This document shows, piece after piece, positions 10,906 through 20,362 of a DNA stretch of 64,000 nt. Position 1 is the first letter of the stretch. Each line of letters begins with the position of its first letter. Both the position numbers and the translations under genes were made by a program. Below the pieces are notes generated by a model. It was given only the letters and a program-made list of their open reading frames with translations, was not told the DNA's origin and did no database searches. Source of the stretch: Chloroflexota bacterium (GTDB lineage: Bacteria > Chloroflexota > Dehalococcoidia > UBA2979); assembly GCA_016875635.1 (NCBI GenBank), contig VGPD01000007.1, forward strand, positions 902 to 64,901. The letters run 5' to 3'.

Positions 10906-11676
10906 TTAGAAGTTGGACCAGGTGTTGAGGTCGGTGAGCACGCCGTTGGCGACCAGATGTACATACAGGTCGGCCAAACCGACGCTGATGAGACTTGCCC
11001 ACGCCCACCCCTTGTGGTGCTCATTCGCAAGCGACAGGATGTCCCACGCCTTGCGGCGCGTGCGTGTGTAGTTGCTGCACGAGAAGCAGTCGAGGCCCCC
11101 GCCGATCAGGTGCCGGAGTGAGTGACAGCTGAGCGTGTACATCATCAGCAGGAAAGCGTTCGCCGTGAGGATCAACGAACCGACACCGACGCCCAGCCCC
11201 TCGCCATCCAGCCAGAACGCCTTGAGCGCGCCGTACCAGAGGATGGGGATGAAGACGAGCGCGACATAGAGGAAGAGCCGGTGCGCGTTTTGCAGGATGA
11301 AGGGGAACTTGCTCTCGCCGGAATACGACTTCGCTGGCTCAGTGACCGCACAGCCGGGAGGGCTCATAAAGAACGAGCGGTAGTACGTGCGGCGGTAGTA
11401 GTAGCAGGTGGTGCGGAACCCCAGCGGCGCCCAGAGGATGAACACCGCCGGGGAGATCCATTCGGGCACCCAGCCCGGCTTGATCAGCGGTTCAAAGAAT
11501 GGCGAGAGGTAGGGCCCGGCCTCGAAGTGCCACGAGTTGCCCAGAATCAGGGCCGACACCGTGGAATAGATGACGAAGGCCAGCAGGCCCCCGCCGAAGA
11601 GCGCTGGCTCAATCCACCAGCGGTCGACCCGTTGCGTCTTGCCGTAGCGCCGCTGAATGTCGGTGGCCTGCGCCAT
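10906..11676 (-). CDS. sdhC: single large SDH membrane-anchor subunit (mycobacterial Sdh1-like, about 5 TM)
   Basis: First gene of the sdh operon. Polytopic, 256 aa, with Cys/His cluster SCHSLRHLIGGGLDCFSC. Sizes of the A, B and C subunits match the three-subunit Sdh1 type. Confidence 0.7.
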   Translation of the reverse strand: MAQATDIQRRYGKTQRVDRWWIEPALFGGGLLAFVIYSTVSALILGNSWHFEAGPYLSPFFEPLIKPGWVPEWISPAVFILWAPLGFRTTCYYYRRTYYRSFFMSPPGCAVTEPAKSYSGESKFPFILQNAHRLFLYVALVFIPILWYGALKAFWLDGEGLGVGVGSLILTANAFLLMMYTLSCHSLRHLIGGGLDCFSCSNYTRTRRKAWDILSLANEHHKGWAWASLISVGLADLYVHLVANGVLTDLNTWSNF

Positions 11677-11892
11677 ACCCTGCGCCTCTCATCATCCGGC
11701 GGAGACGCCTCCGAAGGTGCCGCGCCTTGTCAACTACCCCGCCAGAGTCCCCGGCGTGACTGACTATTGTGGGAACCGTACCCACGGTCAAGTCTGCCGA
11801 GCGTCCACGCCCCTCGAATCTCGAACCTCGCCGGATACTACCGCGTCCCAAGACGCCCCCACACGCTTCCCGCAAGGTTCAAGCGCCCCAGA

Positions 11893-12441
11893 TCAGACGC
11901 TGGCCCGCCGCCGGTACTGGTCGTAGAGCGTGAGGGCGATCAGGGTCTTCGAGTCCTCGATCTCGCCCGACGCGACGGCAGCCTGGACCTCCTCCAGCGT
12001 GAGGCGGCGCGGCTCGTCGATGAACTCGTCGTGATCCTGGGGCAGGGGGTCGTGGCGCAGGTCGGTCGCCAGGTAGTAGTGGATATACTCGGAACAGAAG
12101 CCCGGCGCCATCCACGCCCCGCCCAGCCGTACCAGCCGACCGGCGGCGTAACCGGTCTCCTCGCGCACCTCGCGGGCGGCTGTCGTATCCGGATGCTCAC
12201 CCGCCTCGCGGGTTCCAGCGGGGATCTCCAGCAGCACGCGGCCGGCTGGGTGGCGGTACTGCTCCACCATCAACCAGCGCCCCTCGGAGTCTTCTACGAC
12301 TAGGGCGACCGCACCGGGGTGCCAGACGACAGCCCGGTCAACCTCGGTGCCGTCCGGAAAGTGGATCGTGTCCCGTGTGATGCGGAGGTATCCCACCTCG
12401 ACGAGGGGTTCGGAACGGACGAGGTCGGCGGTGTCAGCCAC
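11893..12441 (-). CDS. NUDIX hydrolase (ADP-ribose pyrophosphatase-like)
   Basis: Nudix box GTREAGEHPDTTAAREVREETGY. Confidence 0.85.
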   Translation of the reverse strand: MADTADLVRSEPLVEVGYLRITRDTIHFPDGTEVDRAVVWHPGAVALVVEDSEGRWLMVEQYRHPAGRVLLEIPAGTREAGEHPDTTAAREVREETGYAAGRLVRLGGAWMAPGFCSEYIHYYLATDLRHDPLPQDHDEFIDEPRRLTLEEVQAAVASGEIEDSKTLIALTLYDQYRRRASV

Positions 12442-12452
12442 ACGAAACCTGT

Positions 12453-12968
12453 CTAGCCACGCAGCGGCGAAGTAGCCACGTCGATCACCATTGCGATCTC
12501 ATCGCAGCCGGGGAACTTCGGGCAGCGATAGCATTCGTTCCAGACCTTGCGTGGCAGGTTCATGACGTCCGCCTGCGACCAGCCGAGCCGTTCGAAGAAC
12601 CCCGGTCGGTAGGTCAGTGCAAAGAGCCGCTCCAGGCCCAGCGCGCGGCCTTCCTCGACGCATGCCCGAACCAGTGCGGCGCCGGCACCTCGCGACTGCT
12701 GGCTCTCCTGCACCGCGAGCGACTTCAACTCGGCGAGATCCGACCAGGTGATGTGGAGCGCAGCGCAGCCGATCACCTGACCGGCAACATCACGCACGAC
12801 AAAAAAATCGCGGAGGTTCTCGTACGTCTCGCCCAGGGTGCGCGGCAGCATCTGGCCCTGGGCCGCCCAGAAGTTCACCAGGCGATGGATCCCCTCCGCA
12901 TCATGCACGGTCGCGCGGACGACCTGGACGTCAGCGGGGGGCGGCGCATCTGGGGTGTCGGTCGCCAT
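12453..12968 (-). CDS. GNAT N-acetyltransferase, short N-acetylglutamate-synthase-like form
   Basis: Acetyl-CoA motif QESQQSRGAGAALV. C-terminal KVWNECYRCPKFPGCDE is typical of the short ArgA-like family. Confidence 0.7.
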   Translation of the reverse strand: MATDTPDAPPPADVQVVRATVHDAEGIHRLVNFWAAQGQMLPRTLGETYENLRDFFVVRDVAGQVIGCAALHITWSDLAELKSLAVQESQQSRGAGAALVRACVEEGRALGLERLFALTYRPGFFERLGWSQADVMNLPRKVWNECYRCPKFPGCDEIAMVIDVATSPLRG

Positions 12969-12993
12969 CGGTTCAGTTTACCCCGCTCGTCCG

Positions 12994-13881
12994 CTAGGCG
13001 GTCGGGCCGTCCGGGGCCTCCATGACATGGTCTGGCCGCAGCCAGCCGAGGCGTCGGGCGAGACTGGCGTAGAACTGGTTCTCTGCGCCCAGCCGGACGA
13101 AGTCGACTGAACGTGGGGAGACGGTGACCTCGACCACCGTCCCCGATTCGACCGGCCGGTGGAGAAGGCCATCGGCCGTCATCAACGCCTCCTCCCCGCG
13201 CTCGACCGAGAGACGGAGGCGGGCGCCCTCCGGGAGAACGAGCGGGTTCGCACGCGTCAGGTGCGGGGCCACCGGCACCACGATGATCTCGGACGATGTC
13301 GGCGGCAGGATCGGGCCGCCGACGGAGAGGGCATACCCCGTCGACCCGGTCGCCGTGGCGATCACCAGGGCATCTGCCCGGTACTCCGCAAGCAGGACGC
13401 CGTCGACGCTGGCACCGATGGAGACCGTCCGGCCAAGGGTGCCGCGACCGATCACCACGTCATTCAGGGCATGGACCGGCTCCGCCTCGTCCACATGGGT
13501 CTGGAGCATCGCGTGCCGTTCGAGTCGCGCCTCACCACCCAGGACGCGACGGAGGTCGACCAGTGCGTCCGGCTCAATCGTCTCCGTGAGGAATCCGAGG
13601 CGGCCCATGCGCACGCCGAAGATCGGGACACGCGCCTGCGCGGCAACGGCTGCGGCTCGCAGCACCGTGCCGTCCCCGCCTACGCAGACGAGGAGCGCCG
13701 CGCCGCGCAGCCGCTCGATCACCGCGGCGTCGAATGCGGCGTCCCCCTCCGGCAGCGCTTCCGTCCACGCCCGCCGTCCACCCTCGCGGGCGACGACGAC
13801 GAGGGCCTGCGCGACCGCTTCGGCGCCCGCGACGGCGGGGTGGTAGGCGACCGCCACTGGGCCGTCCACGGTAAAGGTCAC
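12994..13881 (-). CDS. nadK: NAD+ kinase
   Basis: GGDGTVLRAA motif and ATGSTGYALS region. Overlaps tlyA by 4 nt. Confidence 0.9.
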   Translation of the reverse strand: MTFTVDGPVAVAYHPAVAGAEAVAQALVVVAREGGRRAWTEALPEGDAAFDAAVIERLRGAALLVCVGGDGTVLRAAAVAAQARVPIFGVRMGRLGFLTETIEPDALVDLRRVLGGEARLERHAMLQTHVDEAEPVHALNDVVIGRGTLGRTVSIGASVDGVLLAEYRADALVIATATGSTGYALSVGGPILPPTSSEIIVVPVAPHLTRANPLVLPEGARLRLSVERGEEALMTADGLLHRPVESGTVVEVTVSPRSVDFVRLGAENQFYASLARRLGWLRPDHVMEAPDGPTA

Positions 13882-14657
13882 GAGGCAGCCTCCAGTTCAG
13901 GGACATGCAGCCAGAGGAAGAACTCGCGGTTCCCGGCCGGGCCAAGAAGCGGAGAGCGGACGACACCACGCACGCGCAGCCCGATCTCGATCGCGGCGAG
14001 CGCCACCTTCGCAATACACCCGGCATGGACGACCGGATCGCGGACGACGCCACCCTTCCCTACCTGCTCACGACCGGCCTCGAACTGCGGTTTCACGAGG
14101 ACGAGCAGGTCGCCACCAGGACGGATGGAGCGTGCGAGTGCCGGGAGCACGGCGGCCGCTGAGATGAACGAAACATCCATGACTCCGAGGTCGGCGGGCG
14201 GGTCAAGCGGCGTGAGGTCACGGGCGTTCGTCCGCTCGACCACCTCGACCCGCTCGTCGTCGCGCACCTTCGAGGCAAGTTCGCCGTAGGCAACGTCCAC
14301 GGCCACAACACGCGCCGCGCCCCGTTGGAGCAGGCAGTCCGTGAACCCCCCGGTAGAGGCGCCCACATCAAGGCAACGCAGCCCCGCGACGGCGATCCCG
14401 GTGCGCTGCAGGGCGTGGTCGAGCTTATCGCCGCCGCGAGAGACGAACCGCGGCCCCTGTTTCACCTCAATGGTGGCGTCCGGGGCGACCGGCTCAGCCG
14501 GGCGCAGGGCCAGGCGGCCATCCACCGTCACTTCACGGGCCAGCACCAGGGCGCGCGCCCGGTCACGGCCGGGGGCCAGCCCACGCTCGACCAGCAGTGC
14601 GTCGAGGCGCTGTTTCTTGACGGGCTTCGCGGGGCGCGAGGCAGTAGGCGCAGTCAT
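13878..14657 (-). CDS. tlyA: TlyA-family rRNA 2'-O-methyltransferase (S4 + FtsJ-like domains)
   Basis: QRLDALLVERGLAPGRDRARALV (S4 domain) and DVGASTGGFTDCLL (SAM motif). Start moved to ATG 14657, downstream of the clpX stop. Confidence 0.85.
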   Translation of the reverse strand: MTAPTASRPAKPVKKQRLDALLVERGLAPGRDRARALVLAREVTVDGRLALRPAEPVAPDATIEVKQGPRFVSRGGDKLDHALQRTGIAVAGLRCLDVGASTGGFTDCLLQRGAARVVAVDVAYGELASKVRDDERVEVVERTNARDLTPLDPPADLGVMDVSFISAAAVLPALARSIRPGGDLLVLVKPQFEAGREQVGKGGVVRDPVVHAGCIAKVALAAIEIGLRVRGVVRSPLLGPAGNREFFLWLHVPELEAAS

Positions 14658-14721
14658 CGATGTGCCGTCCGGATCGACGCCGGGTGGCGTCGTAGGGGCG
14701 CAGGATACCGCAGGGAGCGGG

Positions 14722-16026
14722 CTAGGCGGATTCGAGGCCGCGCTCGCGCTCAATCTCGACCTGGCTGCCGGAGGCGGTCAGGAGCAGGGGGCGCTGGCGG
14801 TTGATCACGGTCTCCGCGGAGACCACGCACTTCTTGATGTCCGGCCGGGACGGGATGTCGAACATCACGTCCAGCAGCGTCTCTTCAAGGACGGTGCGCA
14901 GCCCTCGCGCGCCGGTCTTCTGAGCCAGGGCGCGTTCCGCCACTGCCGTCAACGCGTCGTCCGTGAAGGAGAGTTCGACCCCGTCGAGCCCGAACAGGCG
15001 CTGGAACTGACGGGCCACAGCGTTCTTCGGCTGCGTCAGGATGGCGATCATCATCTCCACGTCCAACGGATCGAGCGTGGAAAGCACCGGCAGGCGGCCG
15101 ACGAATTCCGGGATCAGCCCAAACTGGAGGAGGTCGTCGTGCGAGACGTGACTCAGGATCGCGGCGCGCTCCGCCTCGATCTCGGCGCGCGGCCGCGTGT
15201 CCTGCGTGAAACCGAGGTTGCGCGTGGTCTGCCCTGTCCGCTTCGCAACGAGCTTTTCAAGGCCCTCGAAGGCCCCGCCGCAGATGAACAGGATGTTCGC
15301 CGTGTTGATCTGGATGAAGTCCTGGTGCGGGTGCTTCCGGCCACCCTGCGGCGGCACCGAGGCGACTGAGCCTTCGATGATCTTGAGCAATGCCTGCTGC
15401 ACGCCCTCACCCGACACGTCGCGAGTGATCGACGGGTTGTCGGACTTCCGCGCGATCTTGTCGATCTCGTCGATGTAGACGATGCCGCGTTCAGCCTTCT
15501 GGATGTCAAAGTCAGCGGCCTGGATGAGGTGAAGGAGGATGTTCTCCACATCCTCGCCGACGTACCCCGCCTCGGTCAGCGCGGTGGCGTCGGCGATCGA
15601 GAACGGGACGTCCAACGTCCGGGCCAGAGTGCGTGCGAACTCGGTCTTGCCGGTGCCGGTCAGGCCGATCAGCAGGATGTTCGACTTGTCTAGCTGGATA
15701 TCCGCCTGGGGCGGAGAGTCGATCCGCTTGTAGTGGTTGTAGACGGCTACGGCGAGGACACGCTTCGTGCGGTCCTGCCCGACGATGTATTCGTCCAGCA
15801 GGCGGACGAGTTCCTGAGGAGTCCGCAGCTTGTTGCCGGAGCCCTTGGCCGCCTTGGCGCCGCCCGAGGCTTCCTCGTTGATGATCTCCTGGCAGAGGTC
15901 GACGCATTCGTCACAGATATAGACGGCGCCGGGGCCCGCGATCAGGCGTTTGACCTGATCCTGGTTCTTCCCGCAGAAGGAGCAGTTGTACTGCACTCGG
16001 CTGCCACGCGTGGTGCTACCGGCCAT
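14722..16026 (-). CDS. clpX: ATP-dependent Clp protease ATP-binding subunit ClpX
   Basis: Zinc finger CSFCGK...CDEC and Walker [12 protein letters not shown]. Confidence 0.97.
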   Translation of the reverse strand: MAGSTTRGSRVQYNCSFCGKNQDQVKRLIAGPGAVYICDECVDLCQEIINEEASGGAKAAKGSGNKLRTPQELVRLLDEYIVGQDRTKRVLAVAVYNHYKRIDSPPQADIQLDKSNILLIGLTGTGKTEFARTLARTLDVPFSIADATALTEAGYVGEDVENILLHLIQAADFDIQKAERGIVYIDEIDKIARKSDNPSITRDVSGEGVQQALLKIIEGSVASVPPQGGRKHPHQDFIQINTANILFICGGAFEGLEKLVAKRTGQTTRNLGFTQDTRPRAEIEAERAAILSHVSHDDLLQFGLIPEFVGRLPVLSTLDPLDVEMMIAILTQPKNAVARQFQRLFGLDGVELSFTDDALTAVAERALAQKTGARGLRTVLEETLLDVMFDIPSRPDIKKCVVSAETVINRQRPLLLTASGSQVEIERERGLESA

Positions 16027-16131
16027 GCGTCCCCCGGAACTTCCCCCGCACGCTGGCCGGTATCCCCGGCCTGGCCCTCTGCCCAGTCGGGCTGGCTGCG
16101 AAGCCTGCCCGTCCTCAACCCCTACCGCAGG

Positions 16132-16770
16132 TCAGGCCTTGCGGGAGAGGATTTCGTCCACCAGCCCGTAGGCCTTGGCCTCGTCAGCCGTCATGTAGAT
16201 ATCGCGGTCGGTGTCGTGCTTGATCTGGTCCAGCGTCTGGCCTGTGGCGTCAGCGAGGATCTGTCGGATCTTCGCATTGTTCCGGAGCAGCTCTCGGGCC
16301 GCGATCTCAACGTCGGACGCCTGGCCACTCCCCCCGCCGAGCGCCTGGTGCATGTGCACCGTCGCGTTCGGCAACGCGTACCGCTTCCCCTTTTGCCCCA
16401 CAGACAACAGCACCGTCCCCATCGAGGCGGTCACCCCGACGGCAATCGTGCTGACGTCCGCACGGACCAGGTTCATGGTGTCCAGGATCGCCAGCCCCGC
16501 ATAGATCATCCCGCCCGGAGAGTTCACGTAGAGCGAGATGTCCCGCTCCGGATCCTCCCGGTCAAGGAAGAGCAACTGCGCGACGATCGAGTTCGCCACC
16601 TGGTCATCGATCGGCGTCCCGAGGAAGATGATCCGCTCCTTGAGCAGCAAGGAGTAGATGTCGTATGCGCGCTCTCCTCGTGCCGTCGTCTCTACGACCA
16701 TCGGCACAATGTTCTCCGGCTTGAGGAATCCGGGAGAGAAATCCTGCATTTGGGGGGTGCGGTCGGTCAT
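16132..16770 (-). CDS. clpP: ATP-dependent Clp protease proteolytic subunit
   Basis: Catalytic-Ser context GVTASMG. Full-length ClpP similarity. Confidence 0.97.
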   Translation of the reverse strand: MTDRTPQMQDFSPGFLKPENIVPMVVETTARGERAYDIYSLLLKERIIFLGTPIDDQVANSIVAQLLFLDREDPERDISLYVNSPGGMIYAGLAILDTMNLVRADVSTIAVGVTASMGTVLLSVGQKGKRYALPNATVHMHQALGGGSGQASDVEIAARELLRNNAKIRQILADATGQTLDQIKHDTDRDIYMTADEAKAYGLVDEILSRKA

Positions 16771-16791
16771 CGGTGCTTCCTGTCCAGAATC

Positions 16792-18222
16792 CTAGTCGTT
16801 CGAATCTGCCGGGGCGTCGGTCGTGCCCTCACCCACCGTTTCCGCCTCGTCGGCGTGGGACGCGTTAGCCTCAGCTCCCGCCCGGCGGCGCCGGCTCTGA
16901 CGCTGCGGCTTGGCGGAAGCCTCCTCGGGCTGAGTACAAATCGCCTCCAGCCGTTCCACGGCCAGCCGCGTCTGCAGCTGGTTCCGGATCGAGACCCGGC
17001 CGTCCGGCGTGTCGAAGAGGTTGCGGATCGCCGCCTGGTTCTCCGGGGTGGAGCCGGTCATGCCAACCACTAGCGAGTCGATCTCCGCATCCACCTGCTC
17101 GTCCGTGGGGGCAATGCTCTCCTGGTCAACCAGCTGGCCGAGGACGAGCCCACGCCGGACGTTCAGGTCCGCCTGCTCGCCAAAGGCCTCGCGGACCTCC
17201 TCCTCGGTGCTGCCAATCGCGTTCAGCCAGTTCCGCAGGCCCTCTTCCGAGTGCGAGGCGTGATTCGACTCACGGTCGATCAGTCGGTCGATCTCGCGTC
17301 GCACCAGCACTTCGGGATAGTCGATGGTCGCCGTCGCAACCAGCAGGTCGATGATCTCGTTGTGGTATTCCTCGCGCGCATTGTGCTCGAGGTTCTTGCG
17401 CAGGTCGCCCTCAACCCGTTCACGGAGCGCGGCGACCGTGCCGATCTCCTCGTCGCCAAGCGACTTCGCGAATTCGTCGTCGAGCTCCGGCAGGACCTCC
17501 CGCTTCACTTCGTGGATCGTGACCTGGTAGGTCGCCTTCTTCCCGCGCAGCTCCTCGGCGGAGAAGTCGTCCGGCAGGTTGAACTCCACCGTGTGGGGCC
17601 CGCCGGCGCTGAGGCCGACGAGACGCTCCACGAAACCCGGCAACGAAACCACCGAGTTCTTCCGGACCGGGAACTCCGCGTCGGTCTCCTCGTGCGGTTC
17701 ACGCTGACCTTCGACGGAGACGGAGACGTCCGCCCTGATGTGGTCGTCCCAGTCCACGGGACGCTCGACGGGCTCAAGGACGGCGTACTGGCGACGGAGG
17801 TTGAGCAGCGTCTGCTCCACCTGCTCCGGGTCTACGGTGACCTCGCGCATCGAAGCGCGGAGAGAGGTGTAGCTGCCCAGGTCCACTTCTGGACGGACGG
17901 GGACAACGGCCGTCACGACCAGCGGCTCGGTCGACTTCAGGTCGAACTCGGGCTGGTCGATGGCGTCGACCTGCTGCTCCTCGATGGCGTGGGAGTAGAC
18001 CTCAGGGAGCAACTCCTGGAGGGCCTCCTGCAGCAGAGCGGCGGTTCCGATATGGCGTTCGAGCATCTTGCGCGGGACATGGCCGGGGCGGAACCCGGGG
18101 ACGCGCACCTGGCGGGAGACGCGCGACACGGCACGTTCCATGTGTCGTTCCACGGTTTCCGCGTCAACCGTGATCTCCAACGAGACACGTGCGTTCGGTA
18201 GACGTTCAGCAGTGATGGTCAA
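16792..18222 (-). CDS. tig: trigger factor
   Basis: N-terminal RVPGFRPGHVPRKMLE motif. tig-clpP-clpX synteny. Acidic C-terminal tail. Confidence 0.93.
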   Translation of the reverse strand: MTITAERLPNARVSLEITVDAETVERHMERAVSRVSRQVRVPGFRPGHVPRKMLERHIGTAALLQEALQELLPEVYSHAIEEQQVDAIDQPEFDLKSTEPLVVTAVVPVRPEVDLGSYTSLRASMREVTVDPEQVEQTLLNLRRQYAVLEPVERPVDWDDHIRADVSVSVEGQREPHEETDAEFPVRKNSVVSLPGFVERLVGLSAGGPHTVEFNLPDDFSAEELRGKKATYQVTIHEVKREVLPELDDEFAKSLGDEEIGTVAALRERVEGDLRKNLEHNAREEYHNEIIDLLVATATIDYPEVLVRREIDRLIDRESNHASHSEEGLRNWLNAIGSTEEEVREAFGEQADLNVRRGLVLGQLVDQESIAPTDEQVDAEIDSLVVGMTGSTPENQAAIRNLFDTPDGRVSIRNQLQTRLAVERLEAICTQPEEASAKPQRQSRRRRAGAEANASHADEAETVGEGTTDAPADSND

Positions 18223-18389
18223 CGGCGTGCGTTCCCTCGCTCGATCGACGCCGTCGCGGTCACTCAGATGCCGTCACGACGGGCGTGATACCCCTGTCCG
18301 CGCGGGCTGCCGCGGTGAATTCAATATAGCACGCAAGCCGATTCAGACCGCCGTCAGGGAAACCCCTATGAGGCGACGACAGATAGCCG

Positions 18390-19352
18390 CTAGCGCCCTC
18401 GGATCGCGTCGTTCAGGGCGTCGCCGAGGAGTGCGAAGGCGAAGAGGAGCAGCGTCACGATGACGCCAGGGACCAGCAACAGATGGGGGCTGGCCTGGAA
18501 CGTGCGCGTCCCCGAGCCTTCGAACAGCATCGCCCCAAAGGAGGCGGCGGGCGGCTGCACCCCCACCCCGAACCAGGTCAGCACGATTTCCGAACCGGCA
18601 ATGCCCCCCAGCGTGGCGGACAGCGACAGGATGATCAGGAAGGAGACGTTCGGCATGAGGTGCTGCAGGATCACCCGGCGGGGAGAGGCCCCGAGAGACT
18701 CCGCCGCCATGATGTAGTCCCGTTCACGAAGCTGGAGCACCTGGGCCCGGATCACCCGCGCCGTGCCCACCCAGAAGAACAGGGAGAGCGCCGAGAACAC
18801 GAGCATGTACGAAGGGAACCCGGACGCCACCAGCCCGTCGAACGGCGTATGCCCCTCCACCCACCTGGTCCAGCCGATGACACGCGGCCCGAGGGTAGCG
18901 TTGATCAGGATCAGCATCACGAGAGACGGCAGCGAGGAGAACACGTCACCCACGCGCATGATCAACGTGTCCACCCACCCACCCCGGTATCCCGCGAGCA
19001 GCCCGAGCGTGTTGCCGATGAACAATCCCCCGGAGAGCACCACCGCCGTCGTGACGATGAGCGTCGTCCGCGAGGCGTACATGGCGCGGCTCAACTCGTC
19101 CCGCCCAAGGCGGTCGGTCCCCAGCAGGTGATCGCGGCTCGGCCCTTCGACTGGCCGGTCAAGGTTGGTCTGCGTCGGCGGGTAGGGCGCGAGCAACGGC
19201 GCCAGAATGCCCGCCCCGTAGATCACACTGATGATCACGAGCGAGATCATCGCCAGACGCTTCCGGCGCAGCCGTCCGAGGACGATCCGCCACTCGCTCG
19301 TCCCCGCCACGACCGGCCGCGGGGCGCCCTCAGCTGCGGCGGACGCGGTCAT
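18390..19352 (-). CDS. ABC transporter permease (Dpp/Opp C-type)
   Basis: Polytopic, with an EAA-like loop AAESLGASPRRVILQHLMPN. Confidence 0.85.
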   Translation of the reverse strand: MTASAAAEGAPRPVVAGTSEWRIVLGRLRRKRLAMISLVIISVIYGAGILAPLLAPYPPTQTNLDRPVEGPSRDHLLGTDRLGRDELSRAMYASRTTLIVTTAVVLSGGLFIGNTLGLLAGYRGGWVDTLIMRVGDVFSSLPSLVMLILINATLGPRVIGWTRWVEGHTPFDGLVASGFPSYMLVFSALSLFFWVGTARVIRAQVLQLRERDYIMAAESLGASPRRVILQHLMPNVSFLIILSLSATLGGIAGSEIVLTWFGVGVQPPAASFGAMLFEGSGTRTFQASPHLLLVPGVIVTLLLFAFALLGDALNDAIRGR

Positions 19353-20332
19353 CCTCGCGACGATCCGATGCGCACGCGGGGATCGACGAAACCGTAGGCG
19401 ATCTCCGCGAGCAGGTTCATCAAGACGAACGCCGCGGCGAAGATGACGGTCGTCGCGAGGATGACGTCATAGTCACGGCTGACCACTGCTTCGAACGTGA
19501 ACCGGCCGATGCCGTTGATCCCCAGTAGCGTTTCCACAAACAGGGCGCCTTCGATCACGCCAGCCAGGGCAAACCCGACCACCGTGATCAGCGGGAGCAG
19601 TGAGTTCGGCAGAACGTGACGGAACTGCACGGCGGCCTCGGACAGCCCCTTCGCGCGCGCCGTGCGGACGAAGTCCTCCAGGTTCACCTCCAGCGCGCTC
19701 ACGCGGACCAGGCGGGCGACCGAGACGAAGCCGGGGAGCGTGAAAGCAACCAGGGGGATGTACAGGTGCGGGTCGGGGATCGGGATGGCGATGACGCCAG
19801 CCACCCACCAGATGTCGAACACGCCATCCCAGCCGCCCACGGGCAACCAATCAAGCTGGACGCCGAACAGCCAGATCAGCGGCGGGATGATCACCAGCAC
19901 GGGGATCGCCTGGAGGAACAGCAGCGTCCCGATGATCGCCGGGTCGATCCATGAACCCGCAAACCGCGCCGCCAGCAGCCCCGTCGGGATCCCGACGGCG
20001 AAGATGATGACGAGCGCGATCAACCCCAGCTGCGCCGAGATCCACATCCGCGGGAAGATCAACTCCGAGACGGAGAAACCCTTCTGCAGATAAGACTCGC
20101 CGAAGTCCCCCTGGACCGCCTTTTCGAGCCAGCGGACGTACTGGACCACCACGTTTGAATCCAGGCCGCGGTCCTTGCGGATCTGATCGAGCACCTTCGG
20201 GTCACGCACCTGCCCGGCGGTCACGCTCACCGGATCGCCGGGGCCGAAACGGGCGAGCGCAAATGTGCCGAATGAGACAAGGAACAGCACAACGGGCAGC
20301 CAGAGCAGCCGGCGGACGACGTACGCGCCCAT
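19349..20332 (-). CDS. ABC transporter permease (Dpp/Opp B-type)
   Basis: N-terminal YVVRRLLWLPVVLFLVSFGTFAL and loop ARAKGLSEAAVQFRHVLPNSL. 4-nt overlap with the next permease. Confidence 0.85.
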   Translation of the reverse strand: MGAYVVRRLLWLPVVLFLVSFGTFALARFGPGDPVSVTAGQVRDPKVLDQIRKDRGLDSNVVVQYVRWLEKAVQGDFGESYLQKGFSVSELIFPRMWISAQLGLIALVIIFAVGIPTGLLAARFAGSWIDPAIIGTLLFLQAIPVLVIIPPLIWLFGVQLDWLPVGGWDGVFDIWWVAGVIAIPIPDPHLYIPLVAFTLPGFVSVARLVRVSALEVNLEDFVRTARAKGLSEAAVQFRHVLPNSLLPLITVVGFALAGVIEGALFVETLLGINGIGRFTFEAVVSRDYDVILATTVIFAAAFVLMNLLAEIAYGFVDPRVRIGSSRG

Positions 20333-20362
20333 CAGTCACCCTTTCCCACGCTACAGCCTCTG

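Noticed and set aside
16797-16805. tRNA T-loop-like strings: GTTCGAATC at 16797, and GGTTCGAACC near 20408.
   Set aside because: Both lie inside well-supported coding sequences (tig and the ABC binding protein). The flanking bases cannot form a T-stem or acceptor stem. I found no tRNA or rRNA gene anywhere in the window.
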